A DNA stretch of 64,000 bases, taken from positions 23,989-87,988 of the forward strand of contig JAUSMB010000064.1 of NCBI GenBank assembly GCA_030645365.1, read 5' to 3'. The notes below the pieces were generated by a model. The model was given only the letters and a program-made list of their open reading frames with translations. It was not told the origin of the DNA and did no database searches. The stretch is from Rugosibacter sp. (GTDB taxonomy: Bacteria > Pseudomonadota > Gammaproteobacteria > Burkholderiales > Rhodocyclaceae). A program made the translations under genes and the position numbers. Positions within the stretch are counted from its first letter, which is position 1. Every line of letters starts with the position of its first letter. Of this stretch, positions 40,324 to 52,981 are shown one piece after another.

Positions 40324-41118
40324 ATGTTGCGAGTTATCAGCTTGAATTTAAATGGGATTCGTTCTGCGTTACAAAAAGGTGTTTTTGACTGGTTGGTAAA
40401 AGAAGCCGCAGACATTATTTGCGTTCAGGAACTAAAAGCCCATGTCGCGGATATTCCCGCCGTAGTGCGAGCGCCGAATTTTTATAATAGCTACTTTCAT
40501 GCTGCAGAAAAAAAAGGTTATAGCGGTGTCGGTATTTTTTCTCGTCAACAGCCAAACCACCTTGTCGAAGGTTTTGGTAATCCCGAGTTTGATGCTGAAG
40601 GGCGTTACATTCAAGCAGATTTTGGCCGCTTGACTGTTGTATCACTGTATCTGCCATCGGGCTCCAGTTCTGAAGAGCGTCAGCTAGCCAAGTTTCGTTT
40701 TTTAGAGCAATTTAAACCGAAACTTAAACAACTCGCGCTAGAAGCAAAAGCTGGCCAGCGGGAAGTTTTGCTGTGCGGTGACTGGAACATTGCACATCAG
40801 GAAATTGATCTTAAAAACTGGAAGTCCAACCAAAAAAACTCGGGCTTTTTGCCTGAGGAACGTGCCTGGTTAAGTAAAGTATTTGACGACCTTGGCTGGG
40901 TGGATGTTTATCGACAGCTGTATCCCACAACAACAGGTGAAGCCTATACGTGGTGGTCTAACCGCGGTCAGGCGTGGGCAAATAACGTAGGTTGGCGCAT
41001 TGATTATCAAATCGCAACCCCTGGCTTAGCTAAGCTCGCACGCAGCGCCTCGGTTTATAAAGCACAGCGGTTTTCTGACCATGCACCGCTAAGCATAGAC
41101 TACGATTGGCCTCTGTAA
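40324..41118 (+). CDS. xthA: exodeoxyribonuclease III
   Basis: ORF 40255..41118. The family N-terminus [15 protein letters not shown] begins at ATG 40324. CVQELK, GDWNIAH and SDHAPL motifs present. Confidence 0.9.
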   Translation: MLRVISLNLNGIRSALQKGVFDWLVKEAADIICVQELKAHVADIPAVVRAPNFYNSYFHAAEKKGYSGVGIFSRQQPNHLVEGFGNPEFDAEGRYIQADFGRLTVVSLYLPSGSSSEERQLAKFRFLEQFKPKLKQLALEAKAGQREVLLCGDWNIAHQEIDLKNWKSNQKNSGFLPEERAWLSKVFDDLGWVDVYRQLYPTTTGEAYTWWSNRGQAWANNVGWRIDYQIATPGLAKLARSASVYKAQRFSDHAPLSIDYDWPL

Positions 41119-41194
41119 TACGCCCAATAACCTGCCCTTAGCCAATCACCAGAGATACGGGGCAACTCCGGTGAGTTGCAGAGAACTTGCTGTA

Positions 41195-43672
<2,478 letters not shown>

Positions 43673-44776
43673 TTATATGCGCATTGGCATAACAACATAT
43701 TTGAAGTTTTCATTACCTGGTAATATAAACAATGCACTGGAATTCGCGTCCGCTAAATGCAATTCAATTATTTCCTCAGAAACATTATTCAAAATATCTA
43801 GAAGATAAGTAACATTGAAACCAACATCTAACAGCTCACCGCTGTAATCAATCTCAATTTCCTCTTGAGCTTCTTCTTGTTCTGCATTATTGGAAATAAT
43901 TTTCAGACTTCCCGAGTCAAGCAATAAACGAACACCGCGAAACTTTTCGTTCGTTAAAATCGCAACTCTTTGTAAAGCTTGTATGAGCTGACTACGTGAA
44001 AGCTTGATTATTTTTCCATGATGTTGCGGAATAACACGCTCGTAATCAGGAAACTTTCCATCGATTAATTTTGATATAAATTCAATATTATTGAATTTAA
44101 AGCGCGCTTGACTTGGTGTTAATATAATTTCAATTAAATCTTCTGAATCAACCAGCTGCCGAGATAACTCTAATACCGTTTTTCTTGGCAGAATAACTTC
44201 AATTGGTGATGGCGTATCACTCAGTAGCCCCATAGCATAAGCAAGCCGATGTCCATCTGTGGTTACTACGCGCAACTCATTTCCTTTTGTAATTAACAAA
44301 AGTCCATTGAGATAATAACGAATATCTTGTTGCGCCATTGAATATTGGACTAGCGCAAGTAATTTTTTTAATTGCTTTTGAGTAACGGAGAATCTCGTTG
44401 GTTGATCATCCGTTATTACCATCCTCGGAAAATCTTCCGCTGGTAGTGTTTGTAAGTTAAACCGACCTTTACCAGCTTTAAGTTGTAATCGTTTATCCGT
44501 AAGCGTCAAACTCACTTCCGCTGCCTCTGGCAAAGAACGTAATATATCTTGCAATTTTCTTGCACCAACAGTTATCGCGACTTTTTCAGCACCCGTCGTT
44601 TTACTTTGCGTTGTAATTTGAACTTCGATATCTGTTGCCAGTAAAGTTAAATTTTCACCATTTTTTTCTATAAGAACATTAGAAAGGATTGGTAGCGTAT
44701 GTCGCTTTTCCACAATGCCGCAAACTGATTGTAGAGGGGAAAGTAATTGGTCTCGTAAGCCTTTATATAAGAGCAT
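43673..44776 (-). CDS. dnaN: DNA polymerase III beta sliding clamp
   Basis: 367 aa. Typical three-domain clamp, ending ...FKYVVMPMRI. Confidence 0.95.
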   Translation of the reverse strand: MLLYKGLRDQLLSPLQSVCGIVEKRHTLPILSNVLIEKNGENLTLLATDIEVQITTQSKTTGAEKVAITVGARKLQDILRSLPEAAEVSLTLTDKRLQLKAGKGRFNLQTLPAEDFPRMVITDDQPTRFSVTQKQLKKLLALVQYSMAQQDIRYYLNGLLLITKGNELRVVTTDGHRLAYAMGLLSDTPSPIEVILPRKTVLELSRQLVDSEDLIEIILTPSQARFKFNNIEFISKLIDGKFPDYERVIPQHHGKIIKLSRSQLIQALQRVAILTNEKFRGVRLLLDSGSLKIISNNAEQEEAQEEIEIDYSGELLDVGFNVTYLLDILNNVSEEIIELHLADANSSALFILPGNENFKYVVMPMRI

Positions 44777-44901
44777 ATAAACCTTTTTATATCTATTAAG
44801 GAAGAGTTAAATCTGGTGGTAAGTTGTTATTTTTTATAAAAATCAATTACTTGTGGTATTAGTAACACTGTTGATTAGTTATATTTTTTACTGTTAATTT
44901 T

Positions 44902-44946
44902 TGTGGATTAAATTTCACAATCCACTTATTTTGGTATTTATTCACA
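44902..44946. promoter_or_regulatory. DnaA-box-like cluster in the AT-rich dnaA-dnaN spacer
   Basis: tgtggatta (44902-44910; rc TAATCCACA, 1 mismatch to TTATCCACA) and ttattcaca (44938-44946; fits TTATNCACA), within a 196-nt very AT-rich spacer. Confidence 0.35.
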
Positions 44947-44972
44947 AATAACTAATACTTTAAATTTAACAT

Positions 44973-46349
44973 TTAAGTTTTTAATGTTTGAATTAAAACA
45001 TGTAGATTGTTGCTTATTTCCAAGTCATTAATCTTAATTTCTGTAATTGTACGGCAGGCATGTATCACGGTTGTATGATCGCGGCCGCCGAAAAAATCAC
45101 CAATTTCTGGCAGGCTATGTGATGTTAATTCCCTTGCTAGCCACATGGCAATTTGACGGGGACGTGCTATTGCTCTAGTCCGTTTTTTTGAATGAAGCTC
45201 TGAAACCTTGATTTTATAAAAATCTGATACTGTTTTTTGTATCTGTTCCAGTGAAATTTGTCGGTTAGTTGCGCTGATAATGTCTCGCAATGCATCTTTT
45301 GCGACCTCTAAACTAATTTCTTTACCATGAAACCCAGCATAAGCTATTACCCTGTTAAGAGCGCCTTCAAGTTCTCTTACATTAGACCGAAGATTTTTAG
45401 CAATTAAAAAACAAACCTCATCTGGAATAGAAACTCTCTCTGCCTCCGCCTTTTTTTTCAGAATTGCTATTCGCATTTCAAGTTCAGGTGGATCAATTGT
45501 GACGGTTAAACCCCAGTCAAATCGTGAAATCAATCGCTCTTCTAATCCTTGGACATCTTTAGGATAAGTATCTGAAGTGATGATAATTTGTTTTTTAGCC
45601 TCAATTAAGGCATTAAAAGCATAAAAAAATTCTTCCTGTGTTCTATCTTTTCGATTAAAAAACTGAATATCGTCTATTAGTAGTAGATCAAGCGATCGAT
45701 AATATTGCTTAAAGCTATCCCTGCTATTTTGTTGAAAAGCACGAACCATGTCAGAAAAATAATCCTCTGCATGGACATAACGAATTTCCATTGCTGGATT
45801 AGCAGCGTATATCGAGTTGCCAATTGCATGAATAAGGTGGGTTTTACCTAAACCAACACCACCATAAATAAATAGTGGATTGTAGGATGTTCCGGGATTC
45901 ATCGCTACCTGTTGTGCTGCAGCTCGAGCGAGATCGTTTGCTCGTCCGGTAACTAGGGTATCGAATGTAAACTCATGGTTTAAATGAGTTTTTGTGTAAT
46001 CTACCCCTATGTTTTTTAGGGGGGAAGCTGTGTTTTTGGTTGTTTTTTGAAATGTATCGGTAATACTTTCCAGTTCGGGGCTAGGAGGTAAGCTTTCTGG
46101 AATGGATTCATTGACAGAAAGCTCAATATTAATTGGATGTGTAAAAAAATCATTTCCCAATGTTTCAATTTGCGTTAAATATCGCTCACGAACCCATTGC
46201 ATAATAAATCGGTTGGGAGCGATCAACTGGTATCGGGCGCTATCGGTCGGATCAACTTCTAAACGTAATCCCTTAATCCAAGTGTTGAACTGCTGTGCAG
46301 GAAGCTCCTGTTCAAACCGGCTTAAGCAGATAGACCAAAATTCACGCAT
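44973..46349 (-). CDS. dnaA: chromosomal replication initiator DnaA
   Basis: 458 aa. NPLFIYGGVGLGKTHL Walker A, LLIDDIQF, SRFDWGL, and C-terminal DNA-binding GGRDHTTVIHACR. Confidence 0.97.
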   Translation of the reverse strand: MREFWSICLSRFEQELPAQQFNTWIKGLRLEVDPTDSARYQLIAPNRFIMQWVRERYLTQIETLGNDFFTHPINIELSVNESIPESLPPSPELESITDTFQKTTKNTASPLKNIGVDYTKTHLNHEFTFDTLVTGRANDLARAAAQQVAMNPGTSYNPLFIYGGVGLGKTHLIHAIGNSIYAANPAMEIRYVHAEDYFSDMVRAFQQNSRDSFKQYYRSLDLLLIDDIQFFNRKDRTQEEFFYAFNALIEAKKQIIITSDTYPKDVQGLEERLISRFDWGLTVTIDPPELEMRIAILKKKAEAERVSIPDEVCFLIAKNLRSNVRELEGALNRVIAYAGFHGKEISLEVAKDALRDIISATNRQISLEQIQKTVSDFYKIKVSELHSKKRTRAIARPRQIAMWLARELTSHSLPEIGDFFGGRDHTTVIHACRTITEIKINDLEISNNLHVLIQTLKT

Positions 46350-46446
46350 TAAGAATAATTAAAGAAACGTAAAGCAACCAGATTGGATTAGCTTAAGTTT
46401 AATTGAAGAAATTTACGATTGTGAATTCTAGCTGTTTCGATGCGAG

Positions 46447-46455
46447 TTATCCACA
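46447..46455 (+). promoter_or_regulatory. perfect DnaA box TTATCCACA upstream of dnaA
   Basis: Exact 9-mer in the dnaA-rpmH divergent spacer, about 100 nt upstream of the dnaA ATG. Confidence 0.55.
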
Positions 46456-46544
46456 GATATTCTATTGGCAAGGTTGATTGATTTACTTGACTAAGTTTTT
46501 ATAAGGTGTTCTAATCAATGGTTTTATTTGTCTAGAGGTTTTTC

Positions 46545-46679
46545 ATGAAACGTACATACCAACCATCCGTTATACGCCGTAAACGCACCCATGGTTTTCT
46601 TGTTCGCATGCGCACTCGCGGTGGTCGTGCTGTTATCCGCGCACGTCGTGCTAAGGGTCGCCATAGTCTTGCGGTTTGA
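46545..46679 (+). CDS. rpmH: 50S ribosomal protein L34
   Basis: Too short for the ORF track. Reading 46545 onward gives [44 protein letters not shown] followed by a stop. Confidence 0.95.
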   Translation: MKRTYQPSVIRRKRTHGFLVRMRTRGGRAVIRARRAKGRHSLAV

Positions 46680-47056
46680 CATCAATTTCATTCAATTTTG
46701 GTCCTGAAAGGCGATTACATACCCCGCATGAGTTTTCGGGTGTTTTTTCATCTCGACGAGTAGTTCGGGGTGGTTTGGATTGTCCCTTCATCTTGCATTT
46801 TCGGTTACTTGAAAAACAGAATTTTTCGCGTTTAGGGGTTGTTGTCCCCAAGAGACTTGTCAAGCATGCTTTTTTGAGAAATGTGGTTAAAAGACAAGGT
46901 CGTGAATCTTTTCGTTTGCTGGCAAATGAGCTTCCACCATGTGATGTGGTATTAAGGGTCCATCGTCCTTTGGGTTCTGCAAAGCAACTTTCGCACAAGG
47001 ATTGGCGGCTGCTAATCGACGATCTTTTGAAGCGCTTGGCCGTTGAGTCAACTTAA
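46676..47056 (+). CDS. rnpA: RNase P protein component
   Basis: Follows rpmH. ...[18 protein letters not shown]...[25 protein letters not shown] is the RnpA core. The TTG start overlapping the rpmH stop is uncertain. Confidence 0.8.
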   Translation: MTSISFNFGPERRLHTPHEFSGVFSSRRVVRGGLDCPFILHFRLLEKQNFSRLGVVVPKRLVKHAFLRNVVKRQGRESFRLLANELPPCDVVLRVHRPLGSAKQLSHKDWRLLIDDLLKRLAVEST

Positions 47057-47059
47057 AAA

Positions 47060-47281
47060 ATGACCTCTTGGCTTGTCAAACTACTTCTATTTATGGTCCG
47101 CTCCTATCAATGGGCCATTAGCCCTTTGATAGGACGTCATTGCCGCTTTGAGCCTAGTTGCTCTGATTACGCGATATTAGCGCTGCGTAAGCATGGTTTA
47201 ATTGTTGGAGTATGGCTAACCATGCGCCGCGTGATCCGTTGTCATCCGTGGCAGCCTGGCGGTTATGACCCCATACCCTAG
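47060..47281 (+). CDS. yidD: membrane protein insertion efficiency factor YidD
   Basis: 73 aa. YQWAISPLIGRHCRFEPSCSDYA is the YidD signature. Confidence 0.9.
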   Translation: MTSWLVKLLLFMVRSYQWAISPLIGRHCRFEPSCSDYAILALRKHGLIVGVWLTMRRVIRCHPWQPGGYDPIP

Positions 47282-47314
47282 AATATTTATAAGCACTTAA
47301 CAGCTGAGATAGTT

Positions 47315-48940
47315 ATGGATAACCGCCGATTAGTATTAATTCTTGTATTCAGCTTCTCGCTTGTCATGCTATGGGATGGCTGGCAGAAGCATGTTCAATC
47401 AAAAAACGCGCTGGTAACCCGGGCGGCTCCTGCGAGTGATTTGCCTTCACGAGGAATTGCCTCGCCTGTTGCTAGTATTTCCTCCGCTGGAGGAGGTGTT
47501 GAGTTAGCTGCTGCTAAAGAGATTGCCAAGGCTGAAGTAATCAAAGTGGAAACTGACTTACTTTTAGCCGAAATATCATCTCAAGGGGGTGATATTGTTC
47601 GTTTGGAATTAAAAGCCCATACAGGTGCTAAAGATAAAAAACGTCCATTTATCCTTTTTGATAATGGTGAGCATCATTTGTATAGTGCTCAATCAGGTGC
47701 AATAGGTGAGGGGTTGCCAAATCACCGCGGTATGTGGCGTGTGGTTAGTGATGCACGTCTTTTAAAAGCTGGGGAAAATACTCTAAATGTTCAACTTGTT
47801 GCTGATTTAGCGGGAGGTGGGCAAGTAGTAAAGACTTACATTTTCCATCGTGGAAGCTATCAAATTGACGTTCGTCATGAAGGTCTTCCTGTGGGTGCTT
47901 TTGCTTATTATCAATTTACCCGCGACGGGAAACCTGCAGAAGATAGTAATACTTCGATGATGATGGGTGTTGCGACCTTTACTGGGCCGGCTGTATTTAC
48001 TGAAGCCGAAAAATTCCAAAAAGTCAGTTTTTCTGATCTGACTAAAAACAAAGCTAAATTTGCGACTAAAGCAGATAACGGCTGGTTGGCTATGGTGCAG
48101 CATTATTTTGTTAGCGCTTGGTTGCCGCCTCAGGGTGTTGATCGCGAGTTTTATATGCGATCGGTTGGCGAAGATCTTTATTCTACGGGTGTCATTTTGC
48201 CTGTGGGTGCTGATGGTAAAAGTTCGTTATCACTTTATGCTGGTCCCCAGGAGTTGCAGAATTTAAAGGGTATTGCACCGGAGCTTGATCTGGTTGTTGA
48301 TTATGGTTGGTTGACAGTGATTGCTGCGCCTCTGTTTTGGGTGTTGGGTGTGATTCATAAGCTGACAGGCAATTGGGGGTGGGCAATTATTCTACTCACC
48401 GTCCTGATCAAGCTAGTATTTTTCCCCCTATCCGCAGCCAGCTATAAATCTATGGCCAAGATGCGTTTGGTTACTCCAAAATTACTTAAGCTGAAAGAGA
48501 TTCATGGGGACGATAAGATGCGGCTTAACCAGGAAATGATGGCGCTCTATAAAAAAGAGAACATTAATCCGCTCGGTGGTTGCTTGCCCGTCCTTGTTCA
48601 AATTCCTGTTTTTATCTCTTTGTACTGGGTTCTACAAGGCACGGTAGAGATGCGCAATGCACCCTGGATTGGGTGGATACGTGATTTATCTGCGCAGGAT
48701 CCATACTATGTCTTGCCGTTGCTCATGGGCGCAACGATGTTTATTCAAACCAAACTTAATCCTGCGCCACCAGATCCCTTGCAGGCGAAAGTGATGTTAA
48801 TGATGCCAATTTTATTCACCGGAATGTTTTTATTTTTCCCGGCGGGTCTGGTGCTGTACTGGACTGTCAATAATCTGCTATCCATTGCCCAGCAGTGGCA
48901 AATTACCCGGGCAATTGAGTCGGCAAGTAAGTCAGCCTGA
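47315..48940 (+). CDS. yidC: membrane protein insertase YidC
   Basis: 541 aa. N-terminal TM segment, large periplasmic P1 domain, and a C-terminal 60-kDa IMP core (GWAIILLTVLIKLVFFPL, NPLGGCLP). Confidence 0.95.
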   Translation: MDNRRLVLILVFSFSLVMLWDGWQKHVQSKNALVTRAAPASDLPSRGIASPVASISSAGGGVELAAAKEIAKAEVIKVETDLLLAEISSQGGDIVRLELKAHTGAKDKKRPFILFDNGEHHLYSAQSGAIGEGLPNHRGMWRVVSDARLLKAGENTLNVQLVADLAGGGQVVKTYIFHRGSYQIDVRHEGLPVGAFAYYQFTRDGKPAEDSNTSMMMGVATFTGPAVFTEAEKFQKVSFSDLTKNKAKFATKADNGWLAMVQHYFVSAWLPPQGVDREFYMRSVGEDLYSTGVILPVGADGKSSLSLYAGPQELQNLKGIAPELDLVVDYGWLTVIAAPLFWVLGVIHKLTGNWGWAIILLTVLIKLVFFPLSAASYKSMAKMRLVTPKLLKLKEIHGDDKMRLNQEMMALYKKENINPLGGCLPVLVQIPVFISLYWVLQGTVEMRNAPWIGWIRDLSAQDPYYVLPLLMGATMFIQTKLNPAPPDPLQAKVMLMMPILFTGMFLFFPAGLVLYWTVNNLLSIAQQWQITRAIESASKSA

Positions 48941-49010
48941 TTAGGTTGAGCAGATGCTGGATTAGCAAGGAACCAGGCTGGCATTTGCCACATCGGTTTG
49001 TGAGGCTTTC

Positions 49011-50354
49011 ATGGCGAGTAGCGTAGACACAATTGCTGCAATTGCTACGGCCGCCGGTCGTGGTGGTATCGGTATTGTTCGCATCTCCGGACGTGATTTA
49101 TTGCCGTTCGCGCGTCAATTATGTCAAAAAATACCCATACCGCGCCGTGTTACCATCGCCGATTTTTTTGCGGGGGATGGCTCTGCTATTGACCGCGGTG
49201 TTTTGCTCTATTTTTCTGCGCCACACTCTTTCACGGGTGAGGATGTGATTGAGTTGCAGGGCCATGGTGGTTCAGTTGTGATGCAGATGTTATTGGCGCG
49301 ATGTGTTGAGCTTGGTGCGCGCATTGCCCAACCAGGTGAATTTACCCAACGTGCTTTTTTGAATGACAAAATCGATCTCGCCCAAGCTGAGGCAGTCGCC
49401 GATCTGATTGATGCCGGCACGGTTGCTGCTGCACGCTCGGCATTACGCTCCCTGTCTGGTGAGTTTTCTCGCGAAGTGCAGGCGCTGGTGGCGCGGTTAA
49501 TCGAGTTGCGCATGCTGGTTGAAGCAACGTTGGATTTCCCTGAAGAAGACATTGATTTGCTTCAGCATACCGATGTAGCTGAGCGATTGAATAATTTACG
49601 CCTTGATCTGGATAAGCTCCTATTGCGTGCTCGTGCTGGTAGCTTGCTGCGTACAGGTTTGCATGTGGTGTTGACGGGTTTGCCTAATGTAGGTAAATCG
49701 TCTTTGCTGAATTTTTTATCAGGCGAAGACCGTGCAATTGTGACTGAACATGCAGGAACCACACGCGACGTATTGCGTGAAACGATACAGATTGATGGCA
49801 TTCCATTGCATATTATTGATACAGCCGGATTACGTGCCACTGAAGATCCGGTTGAAAAGATGGGAATTAGCCGTGCCTGGCAAGAGTTAGAGCGTGCCGA
49901 TGTTATTCTTCAACTGGTTGATGCAAGGGCAGGGATTACAGATGCCGACCGAATGATTTCTGCGCAACTACCCTCCGGTATAGAGCGACTTGTTATCGAG
50001 AATAAATGTGACTTGGCCGATAAATCGGCACAACGCTTCGAACTTGATGGGCAGGTGCACTTATGCTTATCTGCCCGCAGTGGTGAGGGCGTCAGCTTGC
50101 TACGCGATGAGTTATTGCGCGTGGCAGGGTGGGTTGGTACTGGTGAGGATGTTGTTCTTGCTCGTGCGAGGCACATTGAAGCACTTGCGCATGCGGCTGA
50201 AAAGTCGGCGCTGGCGATACGGCGGTTAGGCCAAACTGAGCTTTGTGCAGAAGAACTGCGATTAGCACAAGGGGCTTTATCCAGCATTACAGGGGAATTC
50301 TCATCAGATGACTTGCTGGGCGAAATATTTTCTCGTTTTTGCATAGGAAAATAA
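49011..50354 (+). CDS. mnmE: tRNA modification GTPase MnmE
   Basis: TIAAIATAAGRGGIGIVRISG, G-domain GLPNVGKSSLLN and DTAGLR, C-terminal FCIGK. Confidence 0.95.
   Translation: MASSVDTIAAIATAAGRGGIGIVRISGRDLLPFARQLCQKIPIPRRVTIADFFAGDGSAIDRGVLLYFSAPHSFTGEDVIELQGHGGSVVMQMLLARCVELGARIAQPGEFTQRAFLNDKIDLAQAEAVADLIDAGTVAAARSALRSLSGEFSREVQALVARLIELRMLVEATLDFPEEDIDLLQHTDVAERLNNLRLDLDKLLLRARAGSLLRTGLHVVLTGLPNVGKSSLLNFLSGEDRAIVTEHAGTTRDVLRETIQIDGIPLHIIDTAGLRATEDPVEKMGISRAWQELERADVILQLVDARAGITDADRMISAQLPSGIERLVIENKCDLADKSAQRFELDGQVHLCLSARSGEGVSLLRDELLRVAGWVGTGEDVVLARARHIEALAHAAEKSALAIRRLGQTELCAEELRLAQGALSSITGEFSSDDLLGEIFSRFCIGK
50200..50223 (+). repeat. dispersed 24-nt word, copy 10 (inside the mnmE CDS, sense)
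   Basis: aaaagtcggcgctggcgatacggc, read as (E)KSALAIRR. Identical to the copies at 16869 and 63700. Confidence 0.9.
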
Positions 50355-50358
50355 TATA

Positions 50359-50374
50359 CGTTTCACGTGAAACA
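50359..50374. promoter_or_regulatory. parS centromere-like site 1
   Basis: cGTTTCACGTGAAACa. The 14-bp perfect palindrome matches the ParB-binding consensus TGTTNCACGTGAAACA. Confidence 0.8.
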
Positions 50375-50384
50375 AAATCCTCAA

Positions 50385-50400
50385 TGTTTCACGTGAAACT
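50385..50400. promoter_or_regulatory. parS centromere-like site 2
   Basis: TGTTTCACGTGAAACt, the same 14-bp palindrome, 26 nt downstream of site 1. parAB lie 2.6 kb away. Confidence 0.8.
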
Positions 50401-50456
50401 GTTTTGGGGTTTATGTTTTAGAGTGCAGGGGCGTATCATTGCGCCTCGAGATTGGG

Positions 50457-52343
50457 ATGATAAAAGTGGAATTTCCAGCTACATTTGATGTGATTGTTGT
50501 TGGTGGCGGGCACGCCGGAACAGAGGCTGCACTAGCGTCAGCGCGAGCCGGTGCTCAAACATTGTTGCTTACGCACAATATTGAGACGCTGGGTGCTATG
50601 TCTTGCAATCCTTCTATTGGGGGCATAGGAAAGGGGCATTTAGTAAAGGAAATTGATGCACTGGGCGGTGTAATGGCTCTAGCTGCAGATGAGGCGGGTA
50701 TCCAGTTTCGTATTCTCAATGCATCAAAAGGCCCGGCTGTTCGAGCAACGCGTGCCCAGGCAGATCGCCAATTGTATAAGCGTGCAATCCGTTCATCTCT
50801 TGAAAACCAGAAAAATCTAACCTTGTTTCAACAGGCGGTTGATGACTTTATTGTGGTGGGTGATCGTATTACGGGCGTGGTTACTCAACTCGGGGTTCGG
50901 TTCCATGCACCTGCAGTCGTTTTGACGGCGGGTACATTTCTCAATGGATTGGTTCACGTTGGTCTGGAGAATTACCGTGCCGGCCGATTCGGTGATCCGG
51001 CGGCTATTTTCCTGAGCCAGCGCTTAAAGGAATTGAATCTTCCTGTGGGTCGTTTGAAAACTGGCACCCCACCCCGACTTGATGGGCGCTCGATTGATTT
51101 TTCAGTCATGACGCGTCAACCGGGCGATGATCCGGTGCCGATTTTTTCTTTTTTGGGTTCGGCCAGTATGCATCCGCGCCAGATACCTTGCTGGATTACC
51201 CATACAAACGAAAATACACACGAAATTATTCGACGTGGCTTGGATCGTTCGCCCATGTTTACGGGGGTGATTGAAGGGATAGGGCCGCGATATTGTCCAT
51301 CAATAGAAGACAAAATTCATCGTTTTTCGGGTAAAGATAGCCATCAGGTTTTTATGGAACCTGAAGGTCTTGAGACTTACGAGATTTATCCGCAAGGTGT
51401 ATCTACCAGTTTGCCATTTGATGTGCAGTTAAATCTCATCCGGTCTATTCGTGGCCTTGAAAAGGCGCACATCACCCGGCCTGGCTATGCCATTGAATAC
51501 GATTACTTTGATCCGAGAAACTTGAAAAGCAGTCTGGAAACCAAATCGATTACCGGTTTGTTTTTCGCAGGCCAGATCAATGGGACAACGGGTTATGAAG
51601 AGGCGGCAGCTCAGGGCTTGTTAGCAGGTGTTAATGCCGCTCGGTTCGCAAAAGATTTGCCGGCATGGGCGCCTCGGCGGGATCAGGCCTACATGGGTGT
51701 GTTGGTCGATGATTTGATAACGCGCGGGGTATCTGAACCTTACCGCATGTTTACCAGTCGGGCTGAGTACCGCTTGTCATTACGTGAAGATAACGCCGAT
51801 TTAAGATTAACCGAGGAGGGGCGCATGTTGGGGTTGGTCGACGATGTGCGCTGGGATCGATTTAATCGCAAGCGTGATGCTATTGCGCGCGAAGTTGAGC
51901 GCACTCGGGCAACCTGGGTGAATCCCCGGATCATCAGCGAGGCAGAGGCGATACGCGTGCTTGGTCAACCAATGGAACATGAATATAGTTTGTTTGAGCT
52001 ACTCCGTCGACCAGAAGTCAGCTATGTCAATTTAATGACTTTGTCGAATTCCGGGGGGGCGGTGACAGATACTGAGGTTATCGAGCAAGTGGAGATTCAA
52101 GCGAAATATCAAGGGTACATCGAGCGGCAAAAAGAAGAAGTCGCCAAAAGTTTGGCGCATGAATCAACCACTATTCCCGCTAGCATGGATTACGCAACGG
52201 TCCATGGCTTGTCATTTGAGGCACGCCAAAAGCTGGATCAGGCGCGCCCGGAAACACTGGGCCAGGCATCGCGAGTTCAAGGAGTAACGCCAGCAACCAT
52301 CTCCTTGCTTTTAGTTCATCTCAAGCGGCGGAAGGCGGCATGA
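50457..52343 (+). CDS. mnmG: tRNA uridine 5-carboxymethylaminomethyl modification enzyme MnmG (GidA)
   Basis: ORF 50439..52343. ATG 50457 gives [36 protein letters not shown] motif present. Confidence 0.95.
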   Translation: MIKVEFPATFDVIVVGGGHAGTEAALASARAGAQTLLLTHNIETLGAMSCNPSIGGIGKGHLVKEIDALGGVMALAADEAGIQFRILNASKGPAVRATRAQADRQLYKRAIRSSLENQKNLTLFQQAVDDFIVVGDRITGVVTQLGVRFHAPAVVLTAGTFLNGLVHVGLENYRAGRFGDPAAIFLSQRLKELNLPVGRLKTGTPPRLDGRSIDFSVMTRQPGDDPVPIFSFLGSASMHPRQIPCWITHTNENTHEIIRRGLDRSPMFTGVIEGIGPRYCPSIEDKIHRFSGKDSHQVFMEPEGLETYEIYPQGVSTSLPFDVQLNLIRSIRGLEKAHITRPGYAIEYDYFDPRNLKSSLETKSITGLFFAGQINGTTGYEEAAAQGLLAGVNAARFAKDLPAWAPRRDQAYMGVLVDDLITRGVSEPYRMFTSRAEYRLSLREDNADLRLTEEGRMLGLVDDVRWDRFNRKRDAIAREVERTRATWVNPRIISEAEAIRVLGQPMEHEYSLFELLRRPEVSYVNLMTLSNSGGAVTDTEVIEQVEIQAKYQGYIERQKEEVAKSLAHESTTIPASMDYATVHGLSFEARQKLDQARPETLGQASRVQGVTPATISLLLVHLKRRKAA

Positions 52344-52978
52344 CCCTGGACGTTCAGTTGCAGCAAGGTCTGATGGCCTTGGGGCTGATGTTGCCAGAAA
52401 GTGCACAGGCGCAGCTCCTTGGTTACTTGGTGCTGCTAAAGAAATGGAATGCCACTTATAACCTGACATCCATACGTGAAGAATCTGCCATGTTAACGCA
52501 GCACCTATTGGATTCCTTGAGCATACTGCCGCACCTGGAAAAGTCGGCACTGGCGGCACGGCGCTGGATTGATGTGGGAAGTGGCGCTGGATTGCCAGGC
52601 ATTCCCCTAGCAATTGCCTGCCCGGAAGTACAGATGGCGCTGATTGATTCGGTGGATAAAAAGACGGCATTTCAGCGCCAAGTAAAAATCGAGCTTGGGC
52701 TGGCGAATTTAATGGTGATGGGCGGACGAGTTGAAAACCAGCCTGCGGCGCAGTGCGATGCCGTGATATCGCGCGCATTTGCTGAATTGGCGGATTTTGT
52801 ATCATTGTCAGGCCACCTTCTGGCAGAAGGCGGTGCGCTTTACGCCATGAAAGGACAGATGCCTCACGAGGAAATTGCTCGACTTCCTGCAGGGTGGCAC
52901 GTCGCCCGGTGCTTACCACTAGAAGTTCCCGGGATGACGGCTGAGCGTCATTTGATTGTTTTACAGAAAGATCACTGA
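52340..52978 (+). CDS. rsmG: 16S rRNA (guanine527-N7)-methyltransferase RsmG (GidB)
   Basis: [17 protein letters not shown] and [19 protein letters not shown] motifs. ATGA overlap with mnmG. Confidence 0.9.
   Translation: MTLDVQLQQGLMALGLMLPESAQAQLLGYLVLLKKWNATYNLTSIREESAMLTQHLLDSLSILPHLEKSALAARRWIDVGSGAGLPGIPLAIACPEVQMALIDSVDKKTAFQRQVKIELGLANLMVMGGRVENQPAAQCDAVISRAFAELADFVSLSGHLLAEGGALYAMKGQMPHEEIARLPAGWHVARCLPLEVPGMTAERHLIVLQKDH
52539..52562 (+). repeat. dispersed 24-nt word, copy 11 (inside the rsmG CDS, sense; 3 mismatches)
   Basis: aaaagtcggcactggcggcacggc, read as (E)KSALAARR between the HLLDSL and IDVGSG motifs. Confidence 0.8.
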
Positions 52979-52981
52979 CCG

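Noticed and set aside
50359-50400. Closely spaced identical palindromes as a mini CRISPR or REP array
   Set aside because: There are only two units, and each exactly matches the parS consensus. No cas genes or further repeats are present.
52311-52919. 202-aa minus-strand ORF
   Set aside because: It is antisense to rsmG, low-complexity and Pro/Ala/Ser-rich, with no RBS.
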